This document shows positions 1 through 10,316 of a DNA stretch of 64,000 bases, in pieces. Numbering within the stretch: the first letter of the stretch is position 1; each line of letters opens with the position of its first letter. The notes under the pieces were generated by a model. The model did not search any database and had not been told where the DNA came from. It saw only the letters and a program-made list of their open reading frames with translations. Source of the stretch: Spirochaetia bacterium (GTDB lineage: Bacteria; Spirochaetota; Spirochaetia; SZUA-6; Bin103); the NCBI GenBank assembly GCA_965203905.1, contig CBDBDQ010000005.1, forward strand, positions 7,616,001 to 7,680,000. Direction: 5' to 3'. A program made the position numbers and the translations under genes.

Positions 1-1678
1 GTGCCGAAAGCTGGAGCACCTGGATCAGCAGCACGCCCAGTGCCAAAAGAACCTTGCGCAGGGGGCCGTCGTGCCACACGAACGAAACCGGCGTAGGCCG
101 TTTGAGGTAGATCGTGCGAAACCCGGAGTCTGAGCAGTCCGGCGCTGGATCGGCGCCTGGTACGTTCAGGAACGTTCCGACCAGGGCGCGGCCGCACTGC
201 GTATCGATTCCCACGCCGTGGCCTCCCATCGGCACCACGTACGAATGACTGCGACTCAGCGTTTCCGCCGCCAGGTCGGCCCACCGCGGCGGGGTGATCG
301 GGTCAAACTCACCGGACAGCAGGAGGGTGGGGACGGAACTCGCAACCGGCGCTCTGTCCATGGGCTCGGTTGCCGGGTCATGCCAAGCCGCGCACAGGGC
401 GGGAATCAGATCCACCGCCTCGGGATCGGCGATCCGTGGGTGAGCGGCCGAATCCGCCAGGACCCCGGACAGGTCGTCGAAGCCTCCCTCGGCGTGGCAG
501 AGCAGCGCCGCCCACGCCGCCGAGTTGTCGAACATTGGTCCCCATCCACTCATCGGTTGGATGAATGCGTCGGCGACCGCGTGGTCTCCGCCAGCGATCC
601 GGTGTACGAGGAACGGCAGATACGGAGTCCACGAGTTGCTGCGCAGCGACTCCTCCATCCTCCGCACCATGAAGTGACCGTCGACTTCCACCTCGTACCA
701 CTCCGATGAGTCGTGGTTGTGTTCCATGATGGTGGTCGGGTGTGCCGTGTAGCGGCCGACAACCTGCCAGAACTCGCGTTTCAGATCGGGATGGCGCCGG
801 AAGCACTCCGGGTCTGCTTCGCAGCGGCGAAACAGCGCCTCCAACGCGGATGCTGCGTTCGCGTGCCGGGCTTGGGCGACGTTCACCTGCGGTGGCCACA
901 CGCCATCCAGAACTGCGCTACGGACGTGGTCCGGATAGTCACGCATGACAGTGAGCGCCGGCAGGGTGCCGAAGGAGCTGCCAAAGAGGTTGTAGGTCTG
1001 GTAGCCCATGGCCGTTGCAAGATCGGCCACGTCCGCCGCGATCGCTTCCGGCGTATAGGCGCCCATGTCGATGCCCTGCTCCGACAGGGAACGCTTGCAT
1101 GCCAGCAAGGCGTCCACTTCCCGTTGCACCTCGTCCGGATCCAGACCGAGCGCGGGCAGCCCCGTTCTCCGGCGGTAGTAGACCGGGCACTCCAGCCGCG
1201 GCTCGGAGCGCCCGATGCCGCGCTGGTCCAGGAGGATGAGGTCGCGTTCCTCCCAGATGAACCGCGTATCGGCGATGAACGCCTGATCGCCGAACACGGC
1301 AGCTGCTTTGTGAAGGGCGCTCTCCCCTGGACCGCCTGCCAGGTAGATCACCGGATCGGGGCGCGGCGAGGGAACGGATCCGCGCAGCCGGGCCACTGCA
1401 AGCTTGATCACGTAGCCGTCGGGCTTGGCGCGGTCCTCGAGCACCGTCAAGAAGCCGCAGTCGACCTGCGCACCACGAGTCCGGCTGAACCAGACCGAGC
1501 AGTCGGTCGCGACGAACTCCGGCTGCGTGAACGGCGTGGCCGGGGGCGGCTCCTGCTGCGCCTGCGCCGCCGCTGCCACCAGGACCAGGGCCGACAGCGC
1601 CGGCAGCGAAACCCGCCCGAGGCCACCGCAGCAGACAACTATGGCAGGCATCTGCAGCGAGCGACTTCGGACTTGCAT
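1..1678 (-). CDS. Secreted alpha/beta hydrolase (TAP-like peptidase/esterase), 3' end runs off the window
   Basis: Hand translation (absent from ORF track because no stop lies in the window): signal-like N-terminus, DCGFLTVLEDRAKPDG, YLAGGPG, nucleophile GSSFG, PTLLLSGEFDPITP, GGHG; ATG at 1678 or 1651. Confidence 0.85.
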   Translation of the reverse strand, partial: MQVRSRSLQMPAIVVCCGGLGRVSLPALSALVLVAAAAQAQQEPPPATPFTQPEFVATDCSVWFSRTRGAQVDCGFLTVLEDRAKPDGYVIKLAVARLRGSVPSPRPDPVIYLAGGPGESALHKAAAVFGDQAFIADTRFIWEERDLILLDQRGIGRSEPRLECPVYYRRRTGLPALGLDPDEVQREVDALLACKRSLSEQGIDMGAYTPEAIAADVADLATAMGYQTYNLFGSSFGTLPALTVMRDYPDHVRSAVLDGVWPPQVNVAQARHANAASALEALFRRCEADPECFRRHPDLKREFWQVVGRYTAHPTTIMEHNHDSSEWYEVEVDGHFMVRRMEESLRSNSWTPYLPFLVHRIAGGDHAVADAFIQPMSGWGPMFDNSAAWAALLCHAEGGFDDLSGVLADSAAHPRIADPEAVDLIPALCAAWHDPATEPMDRAPVASSVPTLLLSGEFDPITPPRWADLAAETLSRSHSYVVPMGGHGVGIDTQCGRALVGTFLNVPGADPAPDCSDSGFRTIYLKRPTPVSFVWHDGPLRKVLLALGVLLIQVLQLSA

Positions 1679-1765
1679 CGGTGCTTCCCGTTGCGATAGG
1701 GGACTCACGCTAGCCGGCGGCTCGCCGGGTGTCAAGCTGCCGCTCTGCCAGGTCTGCCAGGGACG

Positions 1766-2923
1766 TTACGCGTCTACCCGGTAGCGTTCGAGGATGCGGC
1801 GGTCGGGGTCGAAGCCGATGCCGTGTGCGGTGGGAATGGTGAACACCATGCCGGGGCCGACCGCGGGCGGGGTCAGGTTGAGCTCTTCGCGCAGCGGGTT
1901 GTAGGTGCGGTCCAGCTCCAGCAGCGGTTCGCGCGGCGCCAGCCCCGGCGGGCAGGGCGCGATCATCGCCAGCGCCTGCAGCGCGGCGGCGACGGCGATG
2001 CCGGTGCCCCAGACGTGGGTGATGCAGCGCACGTGGGCGGTGTCGGCCAGGTCGGCGATCTTGAGCAACTCGGTGAGCCCGCCGGCGGCGCAGCAGTCGG
2101 GCTGGACGATGTCGGCGGCCTCGTGGCGCAGCAGCTCGGCGAACCCCCAGCGGCCGAACTCCGCCTCGCCGGTGGCGACCGCGATCGGCGACTCGCGCCG
2201 GAAGCGGCCCAGCCCGCGCAGGTCCTCGGGGATCAGCGGCTCCTCGAACCAGTCGATCTGCAGCGGCTCCAGCCGCCGGGCCACCTCCCGGGCCGTGGCC
2301 CGGTCGTAGGCGTGGTTGGCGTCGACCATGATCCGGATCTCCGGCCCGACCGCCGCGCGCACCGCCTGCACCACCGTCACGTCATCGTCGATCCCGAACC
2401 CGATCTTCACCTTGAGCGCCGTGAAGCCCGCCGCCACGTAGCGCTGCGCCTCGTCCACCAGCAGCGGCGCCTGCCCGGTCAGGCTGCCGGCCGCGCGCTT
2501 GCGGTAGAACCCGGTGGCGTAGGCGGCGACCTGCTGCCGGTAGTTGCGCCCCGCCAAGCGGTGGCACGGTACCCCAAAGTGCTTGCCCGCCAGGTCCCAC
2601 AGGGCGATGTCCACCGCGCTGAGCGCCTCCAGGGCGGTCCCTTTGCGGCCGTGGTCGCGCATCGCGTTGTACAGCTCCAGCCACAGCGTCTCGCGGTCGC
2701 GGGCGTCGCGCCCGAGCAGGATCGGCGCGTACACTTCGTCGATCAGCGCCGCGTTGGTGGCCGGCGGCCCGAACGACTCGCCGTAGCCGACCGCGCCGTC
2801 GGCGGTCTCGATCTCCAGCACCAGGGAGCGCCGCGTGCGATACCACGCCTGCGAGTAGGCGAACACCTCGCCGTCCGGCAACTCGACGCTGAGGATGATC
2901 GGGCGTACGTGGGCAATCTTCAT
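1766..2923 (-). CDS. Mandelate racemase/muconate lactonizing enzyme family (enolase superfamily, Gci-like)
   Basis: SAVDIALWDL, KVKIG (KxK), VDAN, WFEEP, TGE, QPD motifs. Confidence 0.9.
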   Translation of the reverse strand: MKIAHVRPIILSVELPDGEVFAYSQAWYRTRRSLVLEIETADGAVGYGESFGPPATNAALIDEVYAPILLGRDARDRETLWLELYNAMRDHGRKGTALEALSAVDIALWDLAGKHFGVPCHRLAGRNYRQQVAAYATGFYRKRAAGSLTGQAPLLVDEAQRYVAAGFTALKVKIGFGIDDDVTVVQAVRAAVGPEIRIMVDANHAYDRATAREVARRLEPLQIDWFEEPLIPEDLRGLGRFRRESPIAVATGEAEFGRWGFAELLRHEAADIVQPDCCAAGGLTELLKIADLADTAHVRCITHVWGTGIAVAAALQALAMIAPCPPGLAPREPLLELDRTYNPLREELNLTPPAVGPGMVFTIPTAHGIGFDPDRRILERYRVDA

Positions 2924-2955
2924 CGCTGAGAATATAGTGAACCATAAGGAACGGC

Positions 2956-4128
2956 ATGATCGAGAGCTTCGACTACTTCTACGGCGGTCACGTGGCGATG
3001 ACCGAGCTGGGGTTCGCGGGACGGCGCGTGGACGACCGGGTGGAGTCGGACCGCCACCTGGCCAGCGTATTCGACGAGACGGTGGCGATCGCCGAGCTGA
3101 TGGAGCCGCTGCACTACGACACGCTGTGGCTGGCGGAGCACCACTTCCAGCGCGAGGGCTACGGCTGCGTCGGCAACATCCCGCTGTTGAGCGTGCACCT
3201 GGCCGGCAAGACCGAGCGCCTCAAGTTCGGCGCCATGTTCAACACCGTGCCCGCCTGGCATCCGCTGCGGCTGGCGGAGGACTTCGCAGTCGCCGACATC
3301 CTCACCGGCGGGCGGGTGCGCTTCGGCATCGGCCGCGGCTACATCAACCGCGAGGTGGAGACCCTGGGCGCGGCGCTGGATGACGATGCCGCCAACCGCG
3401 AGCTGTTCGAGGAGCAGGTGGAGATCATCTTCAAGGCCTGGAACGAGGCGAGCTTCGCGCATCGCGGCACCCACTACCGGCTTCCCCCGCCGGTCCGCCA
3501 CCGCGAGCAGGAGCTGAATGAAATCACCCTGGTGCCGCGCCCGCGGACCCTGCCGGTGGAGTGCTGGCAGCCGATCTTCAGCGCCAGCCCGCGGGGCATC
3601 GAGTTCATGGTCCGGCACGGCATCAAGGGGGTGGTGCCGGGCGGCGCGCGGGTGGAAGAGATCGCCCGCTCCTGGCAGGCCGCGCTGGCTGCGAACGGGC
3701 GGGCGACTGACCTGGGGGAGGACCTGGCGCTGGTGCTGCAGGTGGTGATGGCCGACTCCCAGGAGCAGGCGCTGCGGGAGGCATCCACCTGGTTCGAGGA
3801 GCAGCTCAAGGTGCTGGCGCCCCTGGGCAGGATGCCGTTCCTTACGCAGGAGCAGGTGCTGGCCACCTACGATCCGCACGCCGCGCCGCGGGCCGGCCTG
3901 CCCACGGCGCGCGACCTGGTGCGCGACGGCGCCTGGATCTGCGGCCCGCCGGAGCACGTGTACGAGCGCCTGTGCGAGTACCAGGAGCGGCTGCCCGGAC
4001 TGCGCCGGGTGTCGGTGGGCGCCGGCGCGCTGGGGATTCCTCCGGCGGCGATCCGCGAGACGATCGCCCGCTTCGGCGCCGAAGTGCTGCCGCGGTTCGC
4101 CGTGGCCGCGGGCGCGACGACCGGTTGA
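2956..4128 (+). CDS. LLM-class flavin-dependent oxidoreductase
   Basis: WLAEHHF, HPLRLAEDFAVADILTGGRVRFGIGRG. Confidence 0.9.
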   Translation: MIESFDYFYGGHVAMTELGFAGRRVDDRVESDRHLASVFDETVAIAELMEPLHYDTLWLAEHHFQREGYGCVGNIPLLSVHLAGKTERLKFGAMFNTVPAWHPLRLAEDFAVADILTGGRVRFGIGRGYINREVETLGAALDDDAANRELFEEQVEIIFKAWNEASFAHRGTHYRLPPPVRHREQELNEITLVPRPRTLPVECWQPIFSASPRGIEFMVRHGIKGVVPGGARVEEIARSWQAALAANGRATDLGEDLALVLQVVMADSQEQALREASTWFEEQLKVLAPLGRMPFLTQEQVLATYDPHAAPRAGLPTARDLVRDGAWICGPPEHVYERLCEYQERLPGLRRVSVGAGALGIPPAAIRETIARFGAEVLPRFAVAAGATTG

Positions 4129-4908
4129 ATGGAGGCCAAACGCGAGGACTACGCGGCGCGCGGCTACTTCATCGAGCGCGGCCTGATTCCGGCTGCCACC
4201 GTGGAGCGGCTGAAACGCCGGATCGCGGCGGCACTGGAGGTCGGCAGCCTGGACGACGTGGAATTCGACGCAGCCCGCGCCGGCGGCGACGATCCGATGG
4301 GGCCGGAACGGTTCCGCAAGGTGTCCGGACTGTGCCGGCGCTACCGCGAGGTGTGGAACGAGTTCGTGGCCGCCCCGCGCGCCATCGCGCTGGACCGCGA
4401 GCTGGTGGGGGACAACGTGCGGCAGTGGTTCAACGCGGTGTTCACCAAGCCGGCACGGGTGGGCGAGGAGACCCCCTGGCACCAGGACATCGGCCTGTGG
4501 ACCCAACGCCCTGCAACGCGCTGCCTGCGCCCGCTCTACCGCGACGCCCTCAGCTTCTGGGTGGCGCTCGATCCCGCCACGCGCGAGAACGGCTGCCTGC
4601 AGGTGGTGCCCGGCTCGCACCGCGGTCCGGTGGTGGACCATGTGCAGTACCCGGACGCGGTGCACGTGGAGCTGCCGCGCGGGTTGACCGGCGACCTGAC
4701 CACCAACCACGTCCCGCTGGAGCCGGGCGACGCGATCATCTGGCACGCCCACCTGTGGCACTTCAGCCCGCCGAACCGCAGCGACCGCAACCGCTGGGCG
4801 ATCGCCATGGTGACTCTGCGCGACGCCGATGCCCGCGGCGCCGGGCGCGACGACCTGCCGTGGCTGGTGCGCGACGGGAAGCCACAGCCGTTTCCCGGAG
4901 GCCCATGA
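4129..4908 (+). CDS. Phytanoyl-CoA dioxygenase (PhyH) family Fe/2OG enzyme
   Basis: PWHQD, WVALD…ENGCLQVVPGSH, distal H, N-x-S-x-x-x-R. Confidence 0.9.
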   Translation: MEAKREDYAARGYFIERGLIPAATVERLKRRIAAALEVGSLDDVEFDAARAGGDDPMGPERFRKVSGLCRRYREVWNEFVAAPRAIALDRELVGDNVRQWFNAVFTKPARVGEETPWHQDIGLWTQRPATRCLRPLYRDALSFWVALDPATRENGCLQVVPGSHRGPVVDHVQYPDAVHVELPRGLTGDLTTNHVPLEPGDAIIWHAHLWHFSPPNRSDRNRWAIAMVTLRDADARGAGRDDLPWLVRDGKPQPFPGGP

Positions 4909-5732
4909 CCGCGTCGCTATTCAGCGAGACCCTGGCCGCGCTGCCGGTTGCCGAGGCGATCGCCGCCACCGCCCGGCTCGGCTTCCCCGCGATCGAGCTG
5001 CTGTGCGCGGCGCCGCACCTGGACCACGCGAGGGCGCGCCGCGACGCCGCCGACGCCGCCGCCCGAATTCGCGACGCGGGCCTCGCCGTGTCCGCGCTGT
5101 CGCTGCACAACAGCTTCACCGAGCGCAGCGGGTTGGCCGAGCAGCTCCGCCACGCCGGTACCTTCATCGAGCTGGCCGCGACCTTCGATACCGGCCTGCT
5201 GCAGCTGGATCCGGGCCGCCCGACCGCCCAACTTGCCGCGCCGGACCACTGGGACTGCCTGCGTGGCGCAGTACGCGAGCTCGCCGCCATGGCGCGAGAC
5301 GCGGGCGTGAAGCTGGCCTTCCACACCACCATGCACCAGATCACCAGCACCCTGGCCGGGGCCGAACGCTTCCTCGAGTGCGCCCCGGAGGACTGCATCG
5401 GGGTGACGGCGGACTTCGCCAATCTCAGGATCAACGGCGCCGACCCGGAGCAGGTGATCGCCCGCCTCGGCGGCCGCATCCTGCATACCCACATCAAGAA
5501 TGGCCGGGTTGCGGCGGACAGTACCTGGCTGTTCTCGCGCCTGGACCGCGGGCTGCTGGACTACACCGAGCTGCTGCCGCGGCTGCACGCCGCCGGCTAT
5601 CGCGGCTACCTGTCGATCGAGAGCATCGGCCGCAACGCGCGCAAGTACCCGGCGCCGGAAGCGGAGCGCGCGGCCGCAACCGACCTGACGCTGCTGCGGG
5701 CGTACCTGGAGCAGGCGGGGATCGAGGGCTGA
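4905..5732 (+). CDS. Sugar phosphate isomerase/epimerase (AP endonuclease 2 TIM barrel)
   Basis: ATG at 4905 overlaps upstream stop (ATGA); GFPAIEL, HTHIKN, GYRGYLSIE. Confidence 0.8.
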   Translation: MTASLFSETLAALPVAEAIAATARLGFPAIELLCAAPHLDHARARRDAADAAARIRDAGLAVSALSLHNSFTERSGLAEQLRHAGTFIELAATFDTGLLQLDPGRPTAQLAAPDHWDCLRGAVRELAAMARDAGVKLAFHTTMHQITSTLAGAERFLECAPEDCIGVTADFANLRINGADPEQVIARLGGRILHTHIKNGRVAADSTWLFSRLDRGLLDYTELLPRLHAAGYRGYLSIESIGRNARKYPAPEAERAAATDLTLLRAYLEQAGIEG

Positions 5733-6688
5733 TGCAGATCCCCGGGATCGACCGGCCGCTCTCGGCCCTGGCGCTGGGGAGCCACTACTACCGGCTCGCC
5801 GACGGTGACCACTGGCACCGCCTGATGGACCACTACCTGGAGGCCGGCGGCACGCTGCTCGACACCGCGCGCAGTTACGCGGAGAGCGAACAGGTAATCG
5901 GCCGCTGGCTGGCGCAACGGGACGTGCGGGAGCGGCTGGTGCTGCTGACGAAGGGGGGCCACGGCCAGCGGCACGGCGTGATGGAGGGCGAGTTCGGGGC
6001 CGTCATCGAGGCCGAGCTCGACACCAGCCTGGAGGTGCTGGGAGTCGAGCAGGTGGACCTGTACCTGCTGCACCGCGACAGCCTCGCCTGCGACGTGGGC
6101 ACGATCATCGAAACGCTGAACCGGGAGCTGCGGCGCGGACGGGTACGGGCGCTCGGGGCATCCAACTGGGAGTACGGCCGCATCGAGCAGGCCAATGCCT
6201 ACGCGCGCGACCGCGGCCTGCAGGGGTTCTCGGTGATCAGCAACCACCTGGCGCTGGCACGGCCGGCGGAACCGTTCTGGCCGGGACTGGTGGCCGTGGG
6301 GCCGGACGGATGGGGCTGGCACCGGCGCACCGGCATCCCGCTGCTGGTGTTCTCTGCCCAGGCGCGCGGCTTCTTCTCCGGCCGCTACGGGCCGCACCAG
6401 CGTGCCGCTGCACCCGGTACCCTGGACCCGTACGACGCGCGGATGCTGGAGGTGTACGGCAGCGACGCCAACTTCGCCCGCCTGCAGCGGGCGCGGCAAC
6501 TCGGCCGGGAGAAGGGCGGCTACTCCGCCACCCAGGTCGCCCTGGCCTGGCTGCTGCACCAGCCGCTGCCCTTGATCCCGATCGTCGGTCCACGCAACCG
6601 CGAGGAGCTGGCGGCCTCGTTCGCGGCCCTGGAGCTGCGCCTCACCCCCGCGGAGGCCAGCTGGCTGGAACACGGAGTGATCCGGTGA
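5732..6688 (+). CDS. Aldo/keto reductase
   Basis: TGATG overlap; LDTARSY, DLYLLHRD, LGASNW, QVALAWLL, PIVGP. Confidence 0.9.
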   Translation: MQIPGIDRPLSALALGSHYYRLADGDHWHRLMDHYLEAGGTLLDTARSYAESEQVIGRWLAQRDVRERLVLLTKGGHGQRHGVMEGEFGAVIEAELDTSLEVLGVEQVDLYLLHRDSLACDVGTIIETLNRELRRGRVRALGASNWEYGRIEQANAYARDRGLQGFSVISNHLALARPAEPFWPGLVAVGPDGWGWHRRTGIPLLVFSAQARGFFSGRYGPHQRAAAPGTLDPYDARMLEVYGSDANFARLQRARQLGREKGGYSATQVALAWLLHQPLPLIPIVGPRNREELAASFAALELRLTPAEASWLEHGVIR

Positions 6689-6786
6689 ACGTCCCTGATC
6701 CGACGGTAGACCATTTCAGCCAGTGCAACACACACGTTCGACGGATTGCAGATCGCATTCGCGAGCACACTCGCAGTTAATCGCGA

Positions 6787-7212
6787 TCAGCCCACTGCAC
6801 CGATGCGGCCGCCACGGAGATCGTTCATGCTATTCGCGACGTGTTGGCCTCTTCGTCCAACCTCCCGTCCTGGAATCTGCTGCCAACCAGATTCGAGTTC
6901 ACGCGCCGATTTCGTGTCTGGAGACAATTGCAACGTAGGTCGCAATGATAGTGCAGCCGCGATGTCCGAAATGGTTCTCAAAGTCAGATTCCTACCACCG
7001 CCGAACACTTGTGAAACAAAACCAGGGGTACGTCCAATCCGCTTTGCCAACTCGCTCTTCGTCACTCCAGCGTGCTCAAGTGCCTGAGTCAATCTATTGG
7101 TCACGTCCAGGATTAGTTCTTCCTGCTTTACTAGTCTTTCGAAATCCTTATCAGGTGTATCCAAGGAATCGTTTACATGCATCCTCAGACTCCTATTAAT
7201 CTGACTTGTCAC
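6787..7212 (-). CDS. XRE-family HTH protein, HigA-like antitoxin
   Basis: Low GC; TKSELAKRIGRTPGFVSQVFGGGRNLTLRTISDIAAAL. Confidence 0.8.
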   Translation of the reverse strand: MTSQINRSLRMHVNDSLDTPDKDFERLVKQEELILDVTNRLTQALEHAGVTKSELAKRIGRTPGFVSQVFGGGRNLTLRTISDIAAALSLRPTLQLSPDTKSARELESGWQQIPGREVGRRGQHVANSMNDLRGGRIGAVG

Positions 7213-7365
7213 TACTTCTCATAATGAGAACCTAGAATCCTCACGGCTTTATCAAGGTCGCTATCCCGATGGACTTCCACACCGCGGTCCACATTTACAT
7301 ATATGTAAATACACGTCTATCCCTTCTTTGGTCAAGCGATTGAAGGAATCTGAAGGATCTGTCAT
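7212..7365 (-). pseudogene. Possible remnant of the cognate RelE/HigB-type toxin
   Basis: Low-GC stub ending …DLDKAVRILGSHYEK* with TAGTG overlap onto the antitoxin start. Confidence 0.35.
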
Positions 7366-8663
7366 ACGGGCCAGCGCACCAGGCTGTCGACGTCGACCGG
7401 CTGCCCGGTGCGGATCGAGGTGTTGGCGGCGATGCCGGTCAGGATCGACCAGGCACCGTCGACGTGGCTGGCACGGCGCCGGAAGGGATCCGGTGGCGGA
7501 TTGCCGAACATGTCGTCCAGCAACACGGGGTCGCCGCCGCCGTGGCCGCCCTCCGCCTCCTGGATCTCCACCAGGTAGGGCTTGCCGAAGTGGGGCGACA
7601 CCTTGAGCGCGCGTTCCCGTGCCGCGCCCTCGTCGCGCTGGGCGCCGCCGGCGCTCACGTAGCTGCTCTCCACCACCAGCAGCTCCAGCCGCCCCTTGCT
7701 GCCGTTCAGCGCGACGCGGAGCCCCTCCCACGGCTGGTAGGCGTTCAACGAGTAGGTCATCATCGCGCCGCTGTCGTAGCGCACCAGCAACGCCATGGTG
7801 TCCTCGATCGAGATGCCGTCCCCGAACACGCTCTGGTCGCGGTAGTAGCCGTCCTCCGCCTCCGCCTCCAGGTACATGGCGCGCAGAGTCTCGTTGGCGG
7901 TGAGGTCGATGGCGAAGGGATCCTCCTGGGCCGCTGCCGAGCCGTGCGCCCGCGAATAGAACTGTGTGATACCGCGCTCCTCGGCGTTCTCGCGGCCGTA
8001 GAAGCGCAGGTCGCCCAGTGCCATCACCGTGCGCGGGCGCGACGCCAGCCAGAAGTTGATCAGATCGAAGTGGTGGGTGGCCTTGTGCACCAGCAACCCG
8101 CCGGAGTTGCGCTTGTCGCGGTGCCAGCGGCGGAAGTAGTCGGCCCCGTGGCGCAGGTCGAGCAGCCATTCGAAGTGCACCGAGAACACCTGGCCGATGG
8201 TGTCCGCCATGAGCAGCTCGCGCACCTTGGTGGAGTGCGGCGCGTAGCGGTAGTTGAAGGTGACCCGCAGCTCGCGCCCGGTGCGGTGAATCGCATCCAG
8301 GATCTGCTGGCACTTCTCCGCGTCGACCGTCATCGGCTTCTCGCTGATGGCGTCGCAGCCCAGCTCCATGGCGCGCACGATGTAGCGGTGATGGGTACGG
8401 TCGATCGACGTCACGATCACCGCGTCCGGCCTGGTCTCGGCGATCATGCGGTCGAACTGCTCCGCCGGGTAGGTGGGGACCGTGGCGCCTCCGGCAGCGC
8501 GATGAATCCTGTTGGCCAGGTCGAGCCGGGTCTGGTTCACGTCGCAGAACGCCACCACCTCGGCGCGCTCGGCGTAGCGGCGGGGTATCGCCTCGTAGAA
8601 GAACCGCGCGCGGCCACCCACCCCAACCTGGACGTAGCGCCGGCGCTTCGCTGCAGAACTCAT
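7362..8663 (-). CDS. Gfo/Idh/MocA family oxidoreductase
   Basis: VGVGGRA, SEKPM, VTFNYRY, GGLLVHKATHHFD; probable ATG 8663. Confidence 0.9.
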   Translation of the reverse strand: MSSAAKRRRYVQVGVGGRARFFYEAIPRRYAERAEVVAFCDVNQTRLDLANRIHRAAGGATVPTYPAEQFDRMIAETRPDAVIVTSIDRTHHRYIVRAMELGCDAISEKPMTVDAEKCQQILDAIHRTGRELRVTFNYRYAPHSTKVRELLMADTIGQVFSVHFEWLLDLRHGADYFRRWHRDKRNSGGLLVHKATHHFDLINFWLASRPRTVMALGDLRFYGRENAEERGITQFYSRAHGSAAAQEDPFAIDLTANETLRAMYLEAEAEDGYYRDQSVFGDGISIEDTMALLVRYDSGAMMTYSLNAYQPWEGLRVALNGSKGRLELLVVESSYVSAGGAQRDEGAARERALKVSPHFGKPYLVEIQEAEGGHGGGDPVLLDDMFGNPPPDPFRRRASHVDGAWSILTGIAANTSIRTGQPVDVDSLVRWPV

Positions 8664-8876
8664 GAGGTGCGCACGATAACGCGGATTGCCCTTCGACGCG
8701 AGTGGCGCCAGGCAACGCTCGCTCCCCAGACAGAAGCATCCACGGGCCTTGGCTCTGAACCATGGCTGTCCGCCGTAGGGCAACCCGGCTCAGGAATTAG
8801 ATTACATATCGGGTTTCCAAACGCCACTAGGGCGCAGATAATGTATGATTGCCGGACAGGCACGGAGAGAGACTGG

Positions 8877-9314
8877 ATGGGCACGGTGCTTGACGACGTG
8901 ACGAGCGATACGGTCGATGCGACGCACGTACGGCGGCGCGTCGATGACTGGGAGGAGCGTGTGCATGGCCTCTACGCCATGATCGGCGACTGGTTGCCGG
9001 TCGGATGGGAGGCGCGCCGGGCCGCCCCGGTTGTCATGCATGAACCCCTGATGCGCAAGTTTGGCGTGCCTGCAAGACCGATGCCCACGCTTGAGCTCCA
9101 CGACCGCGCGGGCCATGTCGCCAAGCTCGAGCCGCGCGTCTTGTGGATCATCGGCGAAAACGGCCGGGTCGACTTGAAGCACGACGGGCGGTACTACTAT
9201 ATCGTCGACACGGCCGACAACTTCGCGCTGCCGAACTGGGAGGTCTCTCGTGCCGAGCGGCGGAGCGACCGGGAGATCGTAACGCGCAATTGGTTGAGGC
9301 GCGTTCTTCAGTGA
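8877..9314 (+). CDS. Hypothetical protein, partner of the downstream HEPN gene
   Basis: RBS-like GGAG before ATG 8877; stop overlaps the next start (GTGA). Confidence 0.7.
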   Translation: MGTVLDDVTSDTVDATHVRRRVDDWEERVHGLYAMIGDWLPVGWEARRAAPVVMHEPLMRKFGVPARPMPTLELHDRAGHVAKLEPRVLWIIGENGRVDLKHDGRYYYIVDTADNFALPNWEVSRAERRSDREIVTRNWLRRVLQ

Positions 9315-9778
9315 GCGACCTTCAGGCTATTGCGGACGTATACGAGAAGATCGATCTCCATCTTCAAAGCCTTCGCGACATGGAGGACAGGGCTGGCGAG
9401 GATCCGGCGCCGGCTCCCGTCGATCAAGAGCAGAGCATCAACGACCAAGCTTACTTCGTGCTCGCGTGGGGGCAGTTGGAGGCTGACATCGACGAGGCCT
9501 GCCGGGATGCCATCCGCGCCGGACAATCGGACGAGGACTGGCGGTATCGGCGTGCCTGGTCCCTCTACAATCCGGAAGACCGCCGGCTGTCGGGCCTGAG
9601 CTTCGAGAACCGGCTGACGCTGGTTGTCGAGAGGGGCAGTGACGACTGGAAGAGAACCATGCATCTCTACAACGTCCGCAACCAGATCGCCCACGGCACC
9701 CTCCTGTCGGGACGGATCGACATGGCGAGCGTCATCCAGGATTTCTTTCGGATTCAGTCATCGCTCACACGGGCGTGA
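9311..9778 (+). CDS. HEPN-domain putative RNase
   Basis: Helical protein with upstream E (GQLEADI) and Rx4H motif RNQIAH. Confidence 0.7.
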   Translation: MSDLQAIADVYEKIDLHLQSLRDMEDRAGEDPAPAPVDQEQSINDQAYFVLAWGQLEADIDEACRDAIRAGQSDEDWRYRRAWSLYNPEDRRLSGLSFENRLTLVVERGSDDWKRTMHLYNVRNQIAHGTLLSGRIDMASVIQDFFRIQSSLTRA

Positions 9779-10197
9779 TCGGCATTAGTACCAAGCCACG
9801 GCAAGCGTATGCAGGTAGTCCGCAGTACCAACAGATAGACATCCGCGGGTCGGGGATGGTCCGGATACACCCTCTCCGGGTCCGCAACCAGCATCACGTC
9901 AGGTTGCGAGAGGTTTACGTCGTCCAAGTCGTCGGAGAGACGCAACGGAACTTGGATCACCACCTGCGCATGATCCCCGAAGGCACGCTGAAACCGCCTG
10001 TCGAGGAGGGAAACGGCCGCGGCGTGCGGTGGATCGATGGTCATGACGACGAGCTGGCCTTCAAGCAGTTCAACATGCTGATCCCCATCGATGATCCCCG
10101 CGCGCTCCATGGCGCAGACCTCGCGATAGGTGAAACGGCGAACCCCGAGCACCGCTGCCAGATCCCGTTGCAGCTCTCTTTGCGTCAGAACACCCAT
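9754..10197 (-). pseudogene. Uma2 family (DUF820) endonuclease, C-terminally truncated
   Basis: RRFTY…VELLEGQLVVM…PPHA…QPDV…HPRPADVYLLV, then homology is lost before EV-S. Confidence 0.8.
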
Positions 10198-10316
10198 GGA
10201 GTCTGCCAAAGTATACCACGGCCCACGTCACGGTTGCCGGACGCGCGCTTGACAAGGCTCTCCCTTGTCGCCTCCACTCGCATCACCCTCGGACACGGAT
10301 ATCGGGTGTACCGACG

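Noticed and set aside
713-1699. Long ORFs such as 713-1699+, 1823-2929+, 2920-4761-, 29462-30685+, 46612-48405-, 59192-60655+
   Set aside because: Antisense or alternate-frame shadows of recognisable genes, as expected at high GC
7464-9314. Extended ORF starts (7464, 3972, 4829, 33608, 46360) suggesting fusions
   Set aside because: Extensions overlap other real genes; internal starts have RBS or stop-start overlaps
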